A DNA stretch of 61,351 bases, the filler included. It is 10 parts of 10 records of this genome, joined end to end, with 100 filler letters (N's around TTAATTAATTAA, not from the genome) between each part and the next. Parts side by side here need not be neighbours in the genome. Positions count along the whole stretch, not along the records: positions 17,210 to 23,404 come from SRR31156797_80266; positions 23,505 to 30,283 come from SRR31156797_80300; positions 30,384 to 35,738 come from SRR31156797_80355; 7 more parts are not named here. One strand, given 5' to 3'. Position 1 is the stretch's first letter; each line of letters opens with the position of its first letter. Shown here one piece after another: positions 19,436 through 30,385 of this stretch. The position numbers and the translations under genes are program-made. The notes under the pieces were generated by a model. The model was not told the origin of the DNA. It saw only the letters and a program-made list of their open reading frames with translations, and did not search any database.

Positions 19436-20752
19436 ATGACTAAAGCGGTATTACTTGCAGGTACCAACAGTGGAGTTGGAAAAACAACAGTTTCCATGGG
19501 TATTATGGCAGCCCTGAAGAGAAGAGAATTGGAAGTACAGCCCTTTAAGGTCGGACCTGATTACATCGATCCCACATACCATACCGCAATATGCGAAAAG
19601 GCATCCCGGAATCTTGATACGTTCATGATGCAAGTAGATGGTGTCAGGGAGACGTTTGCCAGACACTCTGACGGTGCAGACATCAATATTGTTGAAGGAG
19701 TAATGGGGCTTTTTGACGGAATGGGAGCAACTGAGATCGCAAGTTCGGCCCATGTTGCAAAATCCCTGGGAATACCTGTCATACTCATTGTCAATGTTCA
19801 TGGCATGTCAAGAAGTGCAGCCGCAATTGTCAAAGGCTTCGCAGAATTTGATAAAGATGTAAAGATAGCAGGAGTTATCCTGAATAAAGTGGGAAGTCCA
19901 AGACATGCGCAGATGATCATCGATTCAATACCCGACATCCCTATTGTAGGAACACTGCCACGGAACAAGGGTGTAACCGTACCTTCACGCCACCTAGGTC
20001 TGTATATGGCAGACGAGCTGGAATTTGATACAGATAGTCTTGCAACATTCATCGAAGAGAACATAGACCTTGATGCCATAGTTTCCCTTGCTGAAAATGC
20101 TACCGATGCTGATGAATACGTGGAAGAGGAAGAAAAGGAAGCAGACGTCAGGATTGGTATTGCCTATGACAGTGCTTTTTGTTTCTATTATCAGGATATG
20201 TTTGAAGCTTTCAAAAATACCGGTGCTGAGCCGGTCTTTTTCAGCCCCCTGAAAGATGAGCTTCCTGAGGTTGACGGACTTTATTTCGGAGGAGGATATC
20301 CTGAGCTTTATATTGAAGAGCTTGAAAAGTCAAAGACCACAAAAGCCCTGAAGGACCTGTCTGCCGAAGGAATGCCCATTTACGGCGAATGTGGTGGACT
20401 GCAGTATCTTTCCACTTCCTACGAGATCGAGGACAGAGTGTACAAAATGGCTGATGTTCTTCCTGCAGAGACAGTTCTGACAAAGAAGCTGCAGGCTCTT
20501 GGATATACCGAAGGAGTGGCAAACGGAGACTTCATCAAGGGAACAATCAGAGGGCATGAATTCCACTATTCTGCCACATACTGCGACAACGATGCAAAAC
20601 TTGCCTATGAGATGAAGAGAGGAAAAGGCATTGTTGACGGAAAGGACGGACTGACGGAACATAATTCCCTTGCAAGTTATACCCATGCACATCCTGCATC
20701 TTTCCCTGTTGCTAGTTTTGTGGAGAAATGCAGGGAATATAAGAGACATTAG
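19436..20752 (+). CDS. cbiA: Cobyrinate a,c-diamide synthase (CbiA/CobB; the CfbB paralog cannot be excluded)
   Basis: SGVGKTT, FKVGPDYIDP, EGVMGLFDG, SRHLGL, GGGYPE, GECGG, GHEFHYS. Confidence 0.85.
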   Translation: MTKAVLLAGTNSGVGKTTVSMGIMAALKRRELEVQPFKVGPDYIDPTYHTAICEKASRNLDTFMMQVDGVRETFARHSDGADINIVEGVMGLFDGMGATEIASSAHVAKSLGIPVILIVNVHGMSRSAAAIVKGFAEFDKDVKIAGVILNKVGSPRHAQMIIDSIPDIPIVGTLPRNKGVTVPSRHLGLYMADELEFDTDSLATFIEENIDLDAIVSLAENATDADEYVEEEEKEADVRIGIAYDSAFCFYYQDMFEAFKNTGAEPVFFSPLKDELPEVDGLYFGGGYPELYIEELEKSKTTKALKDLSAEGMPIYGECGGLQYLSTSYEIEDRVYKMADVLPAETVLTKKLQALGYTEGVANGDFIKGTIRGHEFHYSATYCDNDAKLAYEMKRGKGIVDGKDGLTEHNSLASYTHAHPASFPVASFVEKCREYKRH

Positions 20753-20975
20753 TTCTCTTTTCTTTTTCTATTTTACATTTCAATTTAACTTTATAGCGTT
20801 TTATCGTCAAACTTTTTATTATTTTTAAAAAAACTAATTACCAGAATAAACAGTATAATATATTATATTATTTAGAGTAAATATATATACCAGTAGTGAA
20901 AAAGTGAAACGTCAGGGAACTTGATGAACAAATTCCCATTACAAATCATAATTTTACAAGTACATGGTGGTACAA

Positions 20976-23404
20976 ATGAAGAAAACAAACATAATGATTG
21001 TGCTTATCCTGGCATCTCTGTTAGCAGCTACAGGCGCAAGTGCACAAAGTGATTGCAATCTACAAGGTATATACTGCGGAACGCTGGAAGGAACATATAT
21101 AGCACAAGACTCAGCAGGAAATAAAATAACGGGTCTTGGCTTAACAGCAGACTTCAGAGCAGACTTTGAAAGCGGAAAAATCAGAATAATAAGTGTCGAC
21201 ACCTCAGGAAGTACACCGGCAATTCTTGACGATACCCTGAAGGTCGAAGCAGTACTCAACAAGAATAATAAGATAGTAGTTACTGCAAGTGGAAAATGTG
21301 GAATGGACAACAGATTTAGTGGAGAAATGATAGTTGACCCATGCGATGATTTCAAGGTCATTTCAAATTCAGGAGAGGTGACTGTCAAGCAGTCTAATGG
21401 AGGGAAAACGGACTATAAGCTTATCGGAGTGTTTGAGATAGAAGCAGAAAAATGTTGTGATTTACCAGAGGGAACATACTGCGGAACACTTGAAGGAACG
21501 TATACAGGAACACTGGATAAAACTACTTTTGGACCTTTCAAACTGGTAGCAGAATTCAAGGCAGATTTTGACAATAAAAAAATAAAGATATTGAGTGTCG
21601 ATACCGCCGGAAGTTACCCGGAAATAGATGAAGAAAACCTGAAGGTAAAAGCAACACTGAACAAGGATAAAACAATAACAGTAATTGCAAATGGCTACTG
21701 TATGGATGGAAACAAGTTCCATGGAGAGATGGTAATTGATCCGTGCAACGAATTTGAACTCATATCGAGTACCGGGTGGGTGAAAGTAGTAATAAATGAG
21801 CAGGGACAGCAAACAAAAATAGATATCGAAGGAGATTTTGAGGTCACTGAATTAGAAGAGTGCTGTAAACTGCCAGATGGAATATACTGTGGAACAATTG
21901 AGGGGACATACACAGCAACAGCACCTGATGGAACTACAATACCAGGCCTTGGATTAAAAGCTGACTTTAAGGTAGACTTTGATAGCGGAAAAATTGAGAT
22001 ATTAAGTGTTGAGACCACAGAAGGCTCTATGATTGATGATGACAGCCTGAAGGTCACAGCAACTTTGAATGAAAAGAAAAAAATAATCAGAGTCGTTGCA
22101 AAAGGAAAATGCATGGAGAATAACAAGTTCAAGGGCGTAATGAAAATTGATCCATGCAATGATTTCGAAGTAATATCAAATACAGGATGGGTAATAGTAA
22201 AAAATGCCGATGGAAACAAGATAAAATATACAGTAACCGGAGATTTTGACATCGATATCTGGAACTGTGACCAACCCTGTGAGCTGCCAGAAGGAACATA
22301 CTGTGGTACACTGGAAGGAGCATATATAGCAACAACATCAGCAGGAGAATTGGGACCATTTAAGTTAAAGGCGGATGTTAAAGCGGACTTTGAAAGCGGA
22401 GAAATTGAAATCCTAAATGTGAATACGGAAGGAAGTTATCCGGAAATCACTGAAATTAATGTCGAAGCAACACTGGATAAAGAAACCGGAATCATAACTG
22501 TAACTGCAGACGGAACATGCATGCTCGGCAATGTGTTCCACGGAGAAATGGAAATTGATGCATGTGATGAGTTCAAAATCACAGACAACTCAGGATGGGT
22601 AAAGGTAATATCCCTGGGTGAAATGGAACTGGACCTGACAGGAGATTTCAACCTGTATGTATGGGAATGTTGTGAACTACCTGAGGAGGGAACATACTGC
22701 GGAACAATTGAAGGAACGTATCAATCAGATGAGCCTTCCCTACAGGGAACGTTCGATCTAAAAGCAGACTTTAAAGCAGATTATAATAGTGGAGATATCA
22801 CAATATCAAACATCGATACTACGGGAAGCTTCCCGACAATAGACGACGGAAGCCTGAATGTAGTTGCGTCACTTGACGAAGAAATAGGAGTAATAACGGT
22901 GACTGCAACCGGAACCTGTATGGGTGGCAACGACTTCTACGGGGTAATGAGAATAAAGGCATGTGATCTCACCATAGTAGGAACCCCATCGGGATATGTA
23001 GTACTAGGTGAAACAACATATGATCTGACAGGAACATTCACATTAACAGAGAAAGAATGTACCTGTGAGTTGCCAACAGGTGAATACTGCGGATCAATTG
23101 ATGGAACATACCCAACACCGCTAGGAAATATTGGACTAAATGCAGATATCTATGTAGATTTTGATGATGGAACTGTTGAAGTATCAAATATCAAAACAAC
23201 TGGAAAAGATATGGAAATCATAATAAATGAACCAGTTACTGCACAGTTATCTAAAGACACAGGAATGCTAACAGTGTCTACAACCGGAACTATTGGTTAC
23301 TCTGTGATGAAAGCCCCGTTCTCAACTGAAATGCTCGTTCAGACATGTAGTGAAGAATTCACATTCATGAAGAACACGGCAACTATTAAAACGTTAGCTG
23401 GAGA
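20976..23404 (+). CDS. Secreted archaeal protein with at least six ~130-aa Cys-patterned beta-rich repeats; 3' truncated
   Basis: Signal peptide MKKTNIMIVLILASLLAATGASA; each repeat starts C.LP.G.YCGT.EGTY. Confidence 0.85.
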
Positions 23405-23504
23405 NNNNNNNNNNNNNNNNNNNNNNNNNNNNNNNNNNNNNNNNNNNNTTAATTAATTAANNNNNNNNNNNNNNNNNNNNNNNNNNNNNNNNNNNNNNNN
23501 NNNN
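23405..23504. other. Artificial contig linker
   Basis: N-run/TTAATTAATTAA/N-run. Confidence 0.99.
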
Positions 23505-23552
23505 GGATCGAATTTCGGCGTTTTAGCCAAGATCCCGGTATTGGTGGATTAA
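23505..23552 (+). CDS. 3' end of a possible TadG-like pilus protein
   Basis: GSNFGVLAKIPVLVD*, a G..A..P.LV C-terminus like TadG-family proteins; upstream of cpaE. Confidence 0.45.
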   Translation, partial: GSNFGVLAKIPVLVD

Positions 23553-23657
23553 CAAACAACCATACTCTGAATAAATGCGTCTCGATCGGCAGTAACCCGG
23601 CATGCAAAGCGAGCTATTATTTGAAAAATCGGCAAGTCAAAACAGGGAAGAATTGTT

Positions 23658-24809
23658 ATGGCAAACAGTAAATTCAGAGTCAAGCTGATCATAGAAGACC
23701 GGAGCCTGCAAAGGCATTTGGAAGGCATTGTCAGGTCTGAGAACGGATTCACCATAATCGGTTCAGACGACCCTCTGCGGGCCGACCTTGTATTTTTTGA
23801 ATTGACGAATAAAGACAACAAGCACGTTGAAGAATTTGAGTTCATAAAAAATATCATCAACACCGGAGAAGCCGGCGAAGTCTTCCTGGTCAGTGATGAG
23901 CCGGAATCGGAAATACTACTCAAAGCGATCAAAATAGGGGCCAGGGAATTTTTCTCTCAACCCCTGGAAGACAATGAAATAAAACAGGCCCTGGACAACT
24001 TCAAATCAAGGGCTGAAAAAGTCGAGCAGGAAGACGCGCCCAAGAACAGCAGAATTTTAACTTTCCTGGGCAGCAAGGGAGGATCGGGGACCACGACCCT
24101 GGCCGTGAACCTGGCCGTGAACTTGGCTGAAGACAGCAGGGTGGCCCTTGTTGACATGAACCAGCTTTTTGGAGAAATTCCCCATTTTCTGGATATGCAA
24201 ACCAGTTATTCATGGGGTGAAATAATCAAGAATACCAACCGGCTTGATTCAACATTTTTACTTAACATCCTGTCCCGTCATGCTTCCGGTGTGTACGTGC
24301 TGCCCTCGCCGAGTTATTTAAGCGACGAAAACCTGGCCACTCCCGAAGTTATTGAACGCCTGCTAAGAATAATGAGGCGCATGTTTGATTATATTGTAAT
24401 CGATGCGGGCCAATCCCTGGACAGCGTGGCCTTAAAAATACTGGAAATGTCCGACACGGTTTTCATTATATCCATTTTAAGCGTACCCTGCCTTTCAAAC
24501 ACCAACAAACTATTGCGGTCTTTCCGGGCCTTGGGTTTTCCAAGCCAGGACAGGCTGAAAGTAGTGATAAATCGACATATTAAAAAGTCCAGCATAACTC
24601 TGGAAGATGCCAAGAACGCTATCGAACATGACATTTATTGGAAGGTTCCGAATGACTATTCTTCAACCGTTACAGCTATTAATAGAGGTACTCCGCTTAA
24701 CGCCTTTGCGCCTCGTACTCCGATAGCCGTAAATATTAAGCAGCTCGCAGACGAAATAATGGAAAAAACGGACAAAAAAGGAAAACGCCTATGGAAACTG
24801 TTCAAATAG
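23658..24809 (+). CDS. cpaE: Tad pilus localisation protein CpaE/TadZ (receiver-like + MinD-like ATPase)
   Basis: Atypical receiver, deviant Walker A GSKGGSGTTT, PND...A.N.G.P; upstream of tadA. Confidence 0.88.
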   Translation: MANSKFRVKLIIEDRSLQRHLEGIVRSENGFTIIGSDDPLRADLVFFELTNKDNKHVEEFEFIKNIINTGEAGEVFLVSDEPESEILLKAIKIGAREFFSQPLEDNEIKQALDNFKSRAEKVEQEDAPKNSRILTFLGSKGGSGTTTLAVNLAVNLAEDSRVALVDMNQLFGEIPHFLDMQTSYSWGEIIKNTNRLDSTFLLNILSRHASGVYVLPSPSYLSDENLATPEVIERLLRIMRRMFDYIVIDAGQSLDSVALKILEMSDTVFIISILSVPCLSNTNKLLRSFRALGFPSQDRLKVVINRHIKKSSITLEDAKNAIEHDIYWKVPNDYSSTVTAINRGTPLNAFAPRTPIAVNIKQLADEIMEKTDKKGKRLWKLFK

Positions 24810-24863
24810 GTTGTTGAATCAATTCCGTCCAGGGAAAGGATTAATTGAAAGGGTAAAAAAAGA

Positions 24864-26201
24864 ATGCTGTTTGACAAAGCAAAACGACGTAGCACGCCTG
24901 CCGGTTCCGGCTATGTGTCGGATGAATACCTGGAATTGAAAACCAGGATACACAGCCGTCTTCTGGACATGATCGACCTGACCGTATTGGGCTCCCTGGA
25001 TTCCAAGGTTTTAGGCTCCCAGATCAGAAACCTGGTAGCTAGAATTCTAACCGAGGAAGAATCAAGAACGCCTCTCAACCAAAGCGAGCGAGAACGCCTG
25101 TTTGATGAGATTGAAGATGAAGTTTTGGGACTTGGTCCGTTGGAGCCGTTCCTCATGGACGACTCGGTCTCGGATATCCTGGTCAATACCTATAAGCAGA
25201 TTTACGTGGAACGGTTTGGAAAGCTGGAACTGACCAATTCCAGGTTTAAAGACGACCAGCACCTTATGCGGATAGTCGATAAAATCGTTTCTTCCGTCGG
25301 CCGGCGCATAGATGAATCATCGCCAATGGTCGACGCACGTTTGATCGACGGCTCCCGCGTCAACGTCATTATTCCTCCCCTGGCCATAGACGGCCCCATT
25401 ATGTCCATCCGCCGGTTCGGCGGCGACCCGTTGCAATTGGAAGATCTCATAATGCTTAAATCCCTGACCAAGGAAGTCGGGGAAGTATTAATGGGCATTA
25501 TTCAGGCCAAACTTAATGTGCTGATATCGGGGGGAACAGGCAGCGGCAAGACAACTTTGCTTAATTGCCTCTCCCAGTTCATATCCGAAGAAGAACGAAT
25601 CGTCACCATAGAGGACGCAGCGGAATTGCAGCTTAAACAACGGCACCTGGTCAGGCTTGAAACAAGGCCGCCCAATATTGAAGGCAAAGGTGAAATAACG
25701 GCCAGGGACCTGGTCAGGAACAGCCTGCGCATGCGCCCCGACCGTATAATTGTGGGCGAGGTTAGAAGCCAGGAAGCGTTTGACATGCTCCAGGCCATGA
25801 ACACCGGCCACGACGGCTCCCTGACCACTATTCATGCGAACTCCGCCCGCGACGCCCTGGCCAGGTTGGAAAGTATGATCGCCATGGCCAGGCTGGATAT
25901 TTCCACCGAGTTCATGCGGCGGTACGTATCTTCCGCCATTAATGTGCTCATTCATTCCGCCCGTCTGCAGGACGGCACCAGGAAAGTGATGAGCATTCAG
26001 GAAATAACGGGCATGGAAGGCAATATCATCACCATGCAGGAAATTTTCTCCTTCAGGCAGGTAGGCATTGATAAAGAGGGACGCGTAAAAGGCTATTACC
26101 AGTTTCACGGCGTCCGTCCAAGATTTGTGGATAAGTTTAAAGCAGTAGGCATCCCCATACCCAGGGAGGCCTTTAACCCCGATCTAAGAATAGAAGTATA
26201 A
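24864..26201 (+). CDS. tadA: Tad pilus ATPase TadA/CpaF
   Basis: [47 protein letters not shown]. Confidence 0.96.
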   Translation: MLFDKAKRRSTPAGSGYVSDEYLELKTRIHSRLLDMIDLTVLGSLDSKVLGSQIRNLVARILTEEESRTPLNQSERERLFDEIEDEVLGLGPLEPFLMDDSVSDILVNTYKQIYVERFGKLELTNSRFKDDQHLMRIVDKIVSSVGRRIDESSPMVDARLIDGSRVNVIIPPLAIDGPIMSIRRFGGDPLQLEDLIMLKSLTKEVGEVLMGIIQAKLNVLISGGTGSGKTTLLNCLSQFISEEERIVTIEDAAELQLKQRHLVRLETRPPNIEGKGEITARDLVRNSLRMRPDRIIVGEVRSQEAFDMLQAMNTGHDGSLTTIHANSARDALARLESMIAMARLDISTEFMRRYVSSAINVLIHSARLQDGTRKVMSIQEITGMEGNIITMQEIFSFRQVGIDKEGRVKGYYQFHGVRPRFVDKFKAVGIPIPREAFNPDLRIEV

Positions 26202-26209
26202 ACGATCCC

Positions 26210-27184
26210 ATGATTAGAGATCTGTATTTACCGGCAATTGTTATTTTTTTGGTCACTATCTTCGTGATCGAAATGATCATTTACGCCTGGCGCACTTACA
26301 GAAACCCGGACCGACCGAAAATTAAAAAAAGGCTCAAAGGCATATACGAAGGGGATTGGGGAGACGAACCGCCGGATATTGTAAAGAGGAGAAACCTGAG
26401 CGGGATCCCCGCCCTCAATGCCATACTCCTCAGAGTAACCAGCCTTGAACGGCTGGACATGCTTCTTTACCAGGCCAACACCAATTATCCGCTCGGCTTT
26501 TACGTTCTCCTGTCATTCACCCTTGGCGTATTGGGCTACTTGATCGGGTTGAGATTTTTGCATAACAATGTTTTTGCAATTTTAATAGCAATATGTATGT
26601 TCATACTCCCATTCCTTCAGGTTTATCTGAAAAAAAGAGAAAGAATGAGTAAATTCGAGAGGCAGTTGCCTGAAGGACTGGGACTGATCGGAAGGTCGCT
26701 GAGAGCCGGCCACGCTTTCAGCACCGGCATGAAACTGGCCGCGGATGAATTCGACGACCCTCTCGGGACTGAATTTCATCTATGTATCGAACAGATAAAC
26801 TTCGGGGTCAGCGTCCCCGAAGCCCTGAAAAACCTGGCCGGCCGAGTTGATTGCCCCGATCTGAGATTTTTTGTGATCGCGGTTATCCTGCAGCGTGAAA
26901 CCGGGGGCAACCTGGCCGATATCATCGACAATATCTGCGACATAATTCGGGAGCGCTACAGGCTTAAAGACAAAATCCGGGTTTTGGCCGCGGAAGGTAA
27001 AATCTCCATGTACATCCTCGTGGCCTTGCCTTTTCTATTATTTTTGTATTTCAGCTTTTCCAACCCCCACTATATCGACATGCTGATCGGGGATAGAATC
27101 GGCCAGGTCATGATAGTTACCGCCGCCGTTTTGATGGTAGCAGGCATAATAGTCATGAAGCGAATGATTGATATAAAGGTGTGA
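26210..27184 (+). CDS. tadB: TadB inner-membrane platform protein
   Basis: F..QLPE.L..I.RSLRAGH; QRETGGNLA; AEGK.S. Confidence 0.92.
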   Translation: MIRDLYLPAIVIFLVTIFVIEMIIYAWRTYRNPDRPKIKKRLKGIYEGDWGDEPPDIVKRRNLSGIPALNAILLRVTSLERLDMLLYQANTNYPLGFYVLLSFTLGVLGYLIGLRFLHNNVFAILIAICMFILPFLQVYLKKRERMSKFERQLPEGLGLIGRSLRAGHAFSTGMKLAADEFDDPLGTEFHLCIEQINFGVSVPEALKNLAGRVDCPDLRFFVIAVILQRETGGNLADIIDNICDIIRERYRLKDKIRVLAAEGKISMYILVALPFLLFLYFSFSNPHYIDMLIGDRIGQVMIVTAAVLMVAGIIVMKRMIDIKV

Positions 27185-27188
27185 CGGA

Positions 27189-28169
27189 ATGAAACCGGGT
27201 ATTTTGGCAGGGATCGAACTAATCCCCCTTTTAATTGCCGCGGCAGTATTTATATCCGTCTGCCTGGCGATTGCCGGCGTCTATGCGCTACGCCGCCAGC
27301 GGTCGCAAAAAAAGGAGCTCATAGACACAATAAAACAAAGGGGCTCGCAGGCGGATTACACCTATAGCCTGGTCGATCGCGAGCCTGAAGTTGAAGAAAA
27401 AAACACCGGAATACTGGTCAGGCTGCTGGGCGGGCTCGGCAAAAAAGTCTCCAGGGAAAAGCAGGCCGACTATACTCATTCCAAGCTCACCTTCATGAGG
27501 GCGGGCATATACTCGGATAGAGCGCCGGCCGTTTTCCTGGGCGCCAAGCTTATCGTCGCCTTGATTCTGCCGATTATATTTTTAGCCGGCCGGGCCGCCT
27601 TCATGGCCGACCTTGTAAAGTCATACACATTTTATGCTACCATTTTTTGTGCATTTATGGGCTTTTACATACCGGTTATCTGGCTCAGGCTTGTCACCTC
27701 CATGCGCAAGCAAAAAATAATCGACGCCTTCCCCGACTCCCTTGATCTGCTGGTCGTCTGCCTGGAAGCCGGTATGGGACTGGATTCTTCCATATCCAGG
27801 GTGTCCCAGGAAATGGAGCTTTCAAGCAAAGCCATAAGCCAGGAATTCAAACTTTACAACTATGAATTGATGGCCGGGCAAACCAGGGAAATAGCCCTGA
27901 GAAACCTGTCCAAAAGAATCCATTCCGAAGACGTGGACAATTTAATCACTCTCCTTATACAGGCGGACAGGTTCGGGACCAGCATTACCAAAACCATGAA
28001 AGTGTACTCGGACACTTTTCGACTCAAGCGCGCGACGTTGGCAGAAGAAATGGCCGCCAAACTGCCGGTCAAACTGGTTTTCCCGTTGGTGCTTTTTATA
28101 TTTCCCTCTTTGTTCGTTATTATTATTGGACCGGCGGCAATCAAGATCTACGATGCATTCATAAGGTAG
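27189..28169 (+). CDS. tadC: TadC inner-membrane platform protein
   Basis: FPDSLDLLVVCLEAGMGLD; QADRFGTSI; AEE.AAKLPVKLVFPLVLFIFP. Confidence 0.92.
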   Translation: MKPGILAGIELIPLLIAAAVFISVCLAIAGVYALRRQRSQKKELIDTIKQRGSQADYTYSLVDREPEVEEKNTGILVRLLGGLGKKVSREKQADYTHSKLTFMRAGIYSDRAPAVFLGAKLIVALILPIIFLAGRAAFMADLVKSYTFYATIFCAFMGFYIPVIWLRLVTSMRKQKIIDAFPDSLDLLVVCLEAGMGLDSSISRVSQEMELSSKAISQEFKLYNYELMAGQTREIALRNLSKRIHSEDVDNLITLLIQADRFGTSITKTMKVYSDTFRLKRATLAEEMAAKLPVKLVFPLVLFIFPSLFVIIIGPAAIKIYDAFIR

Positions 28170-28214
28170 TCTGCAGCCGTTTTGTTTAACACATAAAGTT
28201 TTTCAGAGGCTCCT

Positions 28215-29192
28215 ATGCGAAATAAAATTGTAAAAATAGTGCTTAATGTATTTGCCTGCCTGGTCTTTGCCGCCGTCTTTTGGGGTTGCTCGGCGCACGT
28301 CGATGAAATGGAAGAACCCCGGTCCCTCGACTCCATCTACAAGGATGTTTTTTCTCAGCAAAAAAATCAAACCGACAAACCAATCCCCGGGCAGGGCAAT
28401 AAAACCGTCGCCCCCGCCCATGCCGCGCCCGGCAGTTTGAATCATGAAAACAACGGAGACCAGTACTGCGCCCAGGGCCGGCATGAAATGGCCATAGTCG
28501 AATATGACAAAGCCTTGATTGTCGACCCCGACAATAACAACGCCCGTTTCAAAAGAGCCATGCTTTTTAAATCGAGAAACCTGCATGATGACGCCATGAA
28601 AGGGTTCATGGAAATCATCAAGCGCGATAAAACCCATCCCCAGGCCAACCAGGAAGTCGGGAAAATTTATTTTTCCCAAAAAAAATATGACGAAGCCGAG
28701 AAATACCTGAAAGCATCAATCGAAGGAGATGAATTTCTCTGGAAGTCATACAATTTGCTCGGCATCCTTTATACATATAAAGGAGCTTATCAAAAATCCT
28801 CGCAAAACTATCTTAAGGCCCTGACCATTGAAAAACGAAATCCCATGTTGCTCAACAACCTGGGCCTGGCCTACGCCATGGCCGGCGAATATGAAAAAGC
28901 AGCCCGGACTTTCAGGCACGGCCTGGAAAGAGACAGCGAATACTCATCCAGGATCCACAACAACCTGGGAGTGGTCCTGGCCAGAATGGGCAATTACGAT
29001 GAAGCCCTGGAAGAGTTCAGGTTGGGCGGCGAAGAAGCCCAGGCTATTAATAACCTGGGATGCGCCTATATGATGAAGGGAGACATGAAAAAGGCTTCCG
29101 CCTATTTTGAGAAAGCCATTGAAAACAGCCCAAAGTTTTACACAACAGCGGATGAAAACCTGAAAAAAGCGCGGGCCATGAATCCAAATTAA
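28215..29192 (+). CDS. TPR lipoprotein (TadD-like pilotin)
   Basis: Lipobox WGC; multiple TPRs (NNLG..Y); position after tadC. Confidence 0.8.
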   Translation: MRNKIVKIVLNVFACLVFAAVFWGCSAHVDEMEEPRSLDSIYKDVFSQQKNQTDKPIPGQGNKTVAPAHAAPGSLNHENNGDQYCAQGRHEMAIVEYDKALIVDPDNNNARFKRAMLFKSRNLHDDAMKGFMEIIKRDKTHPQANQEVGKIYFSQKKYDEAEKYLKASIEGDEFLWKSYNLLGILYTYKGAYQKSSQNYLKALTIEKRNPMLLNNLGLAYAMAGEYEKAARTFRHGLERDSEYSSRIHNNLGVVLARMGNYDEALEEFRLGGEEAQAINNLGCAYMMKGDMKKASAYFEKAIENSPKFYTTADENLKKARAMNPN

Positions 29193-29264
29193 GAAACGAT
29201 TTTTTTCTGAAAATTAATATTTGTAATCGAATTATTATCCATATTTCGCATTTTGGAGGAAGAT

Positions 29265-30098
29265 ATGAAGGCATTCCGGATACACTGCTTCATTTTGGGT
29301 ATGCTGCTGCTATTAACCGTTTCCTGCGCTTCCGCGCCCCAACAGGTCGAGGAAAAGAAACTGGCAGAGAAGCTTGAGGAGAAAAGCTTTAAAAATTCCA
29401 TCGGCATGGAATTCGTCCTCTTACCCGCCGGCTTGTTTCGCATGGGCAGCCCCGTGGATGAACCGGATTCATATCATGACGAAACCAGGCATATGGTGAC
29501 TATTTCAAAGCCGTATTATATTCAGACCACGGAAGTAACCCAGGGCCAGTGGAAAGCCGTAATGGGAGAAAACCCGTCCTTTCATGTTGAGTGCGGCGAC
29601 AATTGCCCTGTTGAACAGGTGTCGTGGGAAGATGCCCAAGCATTCATAAGTAAACTTAACGAGATGGAAGGCGTTCAGAAATACAGGCTGCCCACCGAGG
29701 CCGAGTGGGAATACGCCTGCCGCGCGGAAAACGAAACCGCTTTTTCCAATGGGGCAATTACAAAAATAAAATGCGAGGTGGATTCAAATCTTGACGCCGT
29801 GGGTTGGTACTGCGCCAACGCGGATGAAAAAACCCATCCGGTCGCGTCCAAGCAGCCCAATGCCTGGGGCATCTATGATATGCACGGCAATGTATGGGAA
29901 TGGTGCCAGGATTATTACACCTACTACCCCACTGTACATGTAAAGGATCCCCGGGGGCCGGACGCCGGCAAGGTCCGCGTGGCGCGCGGCGGAAGCTGGG
30001 TCAGCTTTGCTTCCCTTTGCCGATCCGCCTCCCGCGCCTGGAACGGTCCGCAACGCCGCGTCACCCATCTCGGCTTCCGCGTAGTAAGGGATCAGTAA
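29265..30098 (+). CDS. Formylglycine-generating enzyme (SUMF1/FGE-sulfatase) domain lipoprotein
   Basis: Lipobox VSC; F.MGS, TEVTQ, RLPTEAEWEYACR, PN.WG.YDM.GNVWEW, RGGSW, GFR. Confidence 0.92.
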   Translation: MKAFRIHCFILGMLLLLTVSCASAPQQVEEKKLAEKLEEKSFKNSIGMEFVLLPAGLFRMGSPVDEPDSYHDETRHMVTISKPYYIQTTEVTQGQWKAVMGENPSFHVECGDNCPVEQVSWEDAQAFISKLNEMEGVQKYRLPTEAEWEYACRAENETAFSNGAITKIKCEVDSNLDAVGWYCANADEKTHPVASKQPNAWGIYDMHGNVWEWCQDYYTYYPTVHVKDPRGPDAGKVRVARGGSWVSFASLCRSASRAWNGPQRRVTHLGFRVVRDQ

Positions 30099-30138
30099 CC
30101 GTACTACGGCACAGGCTGAAATAATTATTATACAAATT

Positions 30139-30166
30139 AGGGCGCCCGAAAAAGCGCCCTGTTTTA
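30139..30166 (+). terminator. Intrinsic terminator
   Basis: agggcgc-ccgaaaaa-gcgccct followed by gtttta. Confidence 0.65.
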
Positions 30167-30262
30167 TTATTTATAATGCTTGCCAAAAGTTCGGTCTGAC
30201 CGGTGTGACATTTTGCTTGTGCCATCTTGGTCTGAAAACCAGGAAAAAGCTATTTATATATT

Positions 30263-30283
30263 GTAGGGGCGCCCCCCTGTGGG
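30263..30283 (+). repeat. Start of a GTAG-type REP, cut by the contig end
   Basis: gtaggggcgcccccctgtggg, a typical GTAGGGGC REP start at an assembly break. Confidence 0.5.
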
Positions 30284-30383
30284 NNNNNNNNNNNNNNNNN
30301 NNNNNNNNNNNNNNNNNNNNNNNNNNNTTAATTAATTAANNNNNNNNNNNNNNNNNNNNNNNNNNNNNNNNNNNNNNNNNNNN
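30284..30383. other. Artificial contig linker
   Basis: N-run/TTAATTAATTAA/N-run. Confidence 0.99.
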
Positions 30384-30385
30384 AG

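Noticed and set aside
17210-23404. Pyrrolysine (TAG) read-through in the methanogen-like contig
   Set aside because: Genes are full length for their families; the TAG ending cbiA is followed by a T-rich terminator-like tract.
29265-30283. FGE/C-type-lectin-fold gene as a diversity-generating retroelement target
   Set aside because: No template repeat of its 3' end and no reverse transcriptase on the contig.
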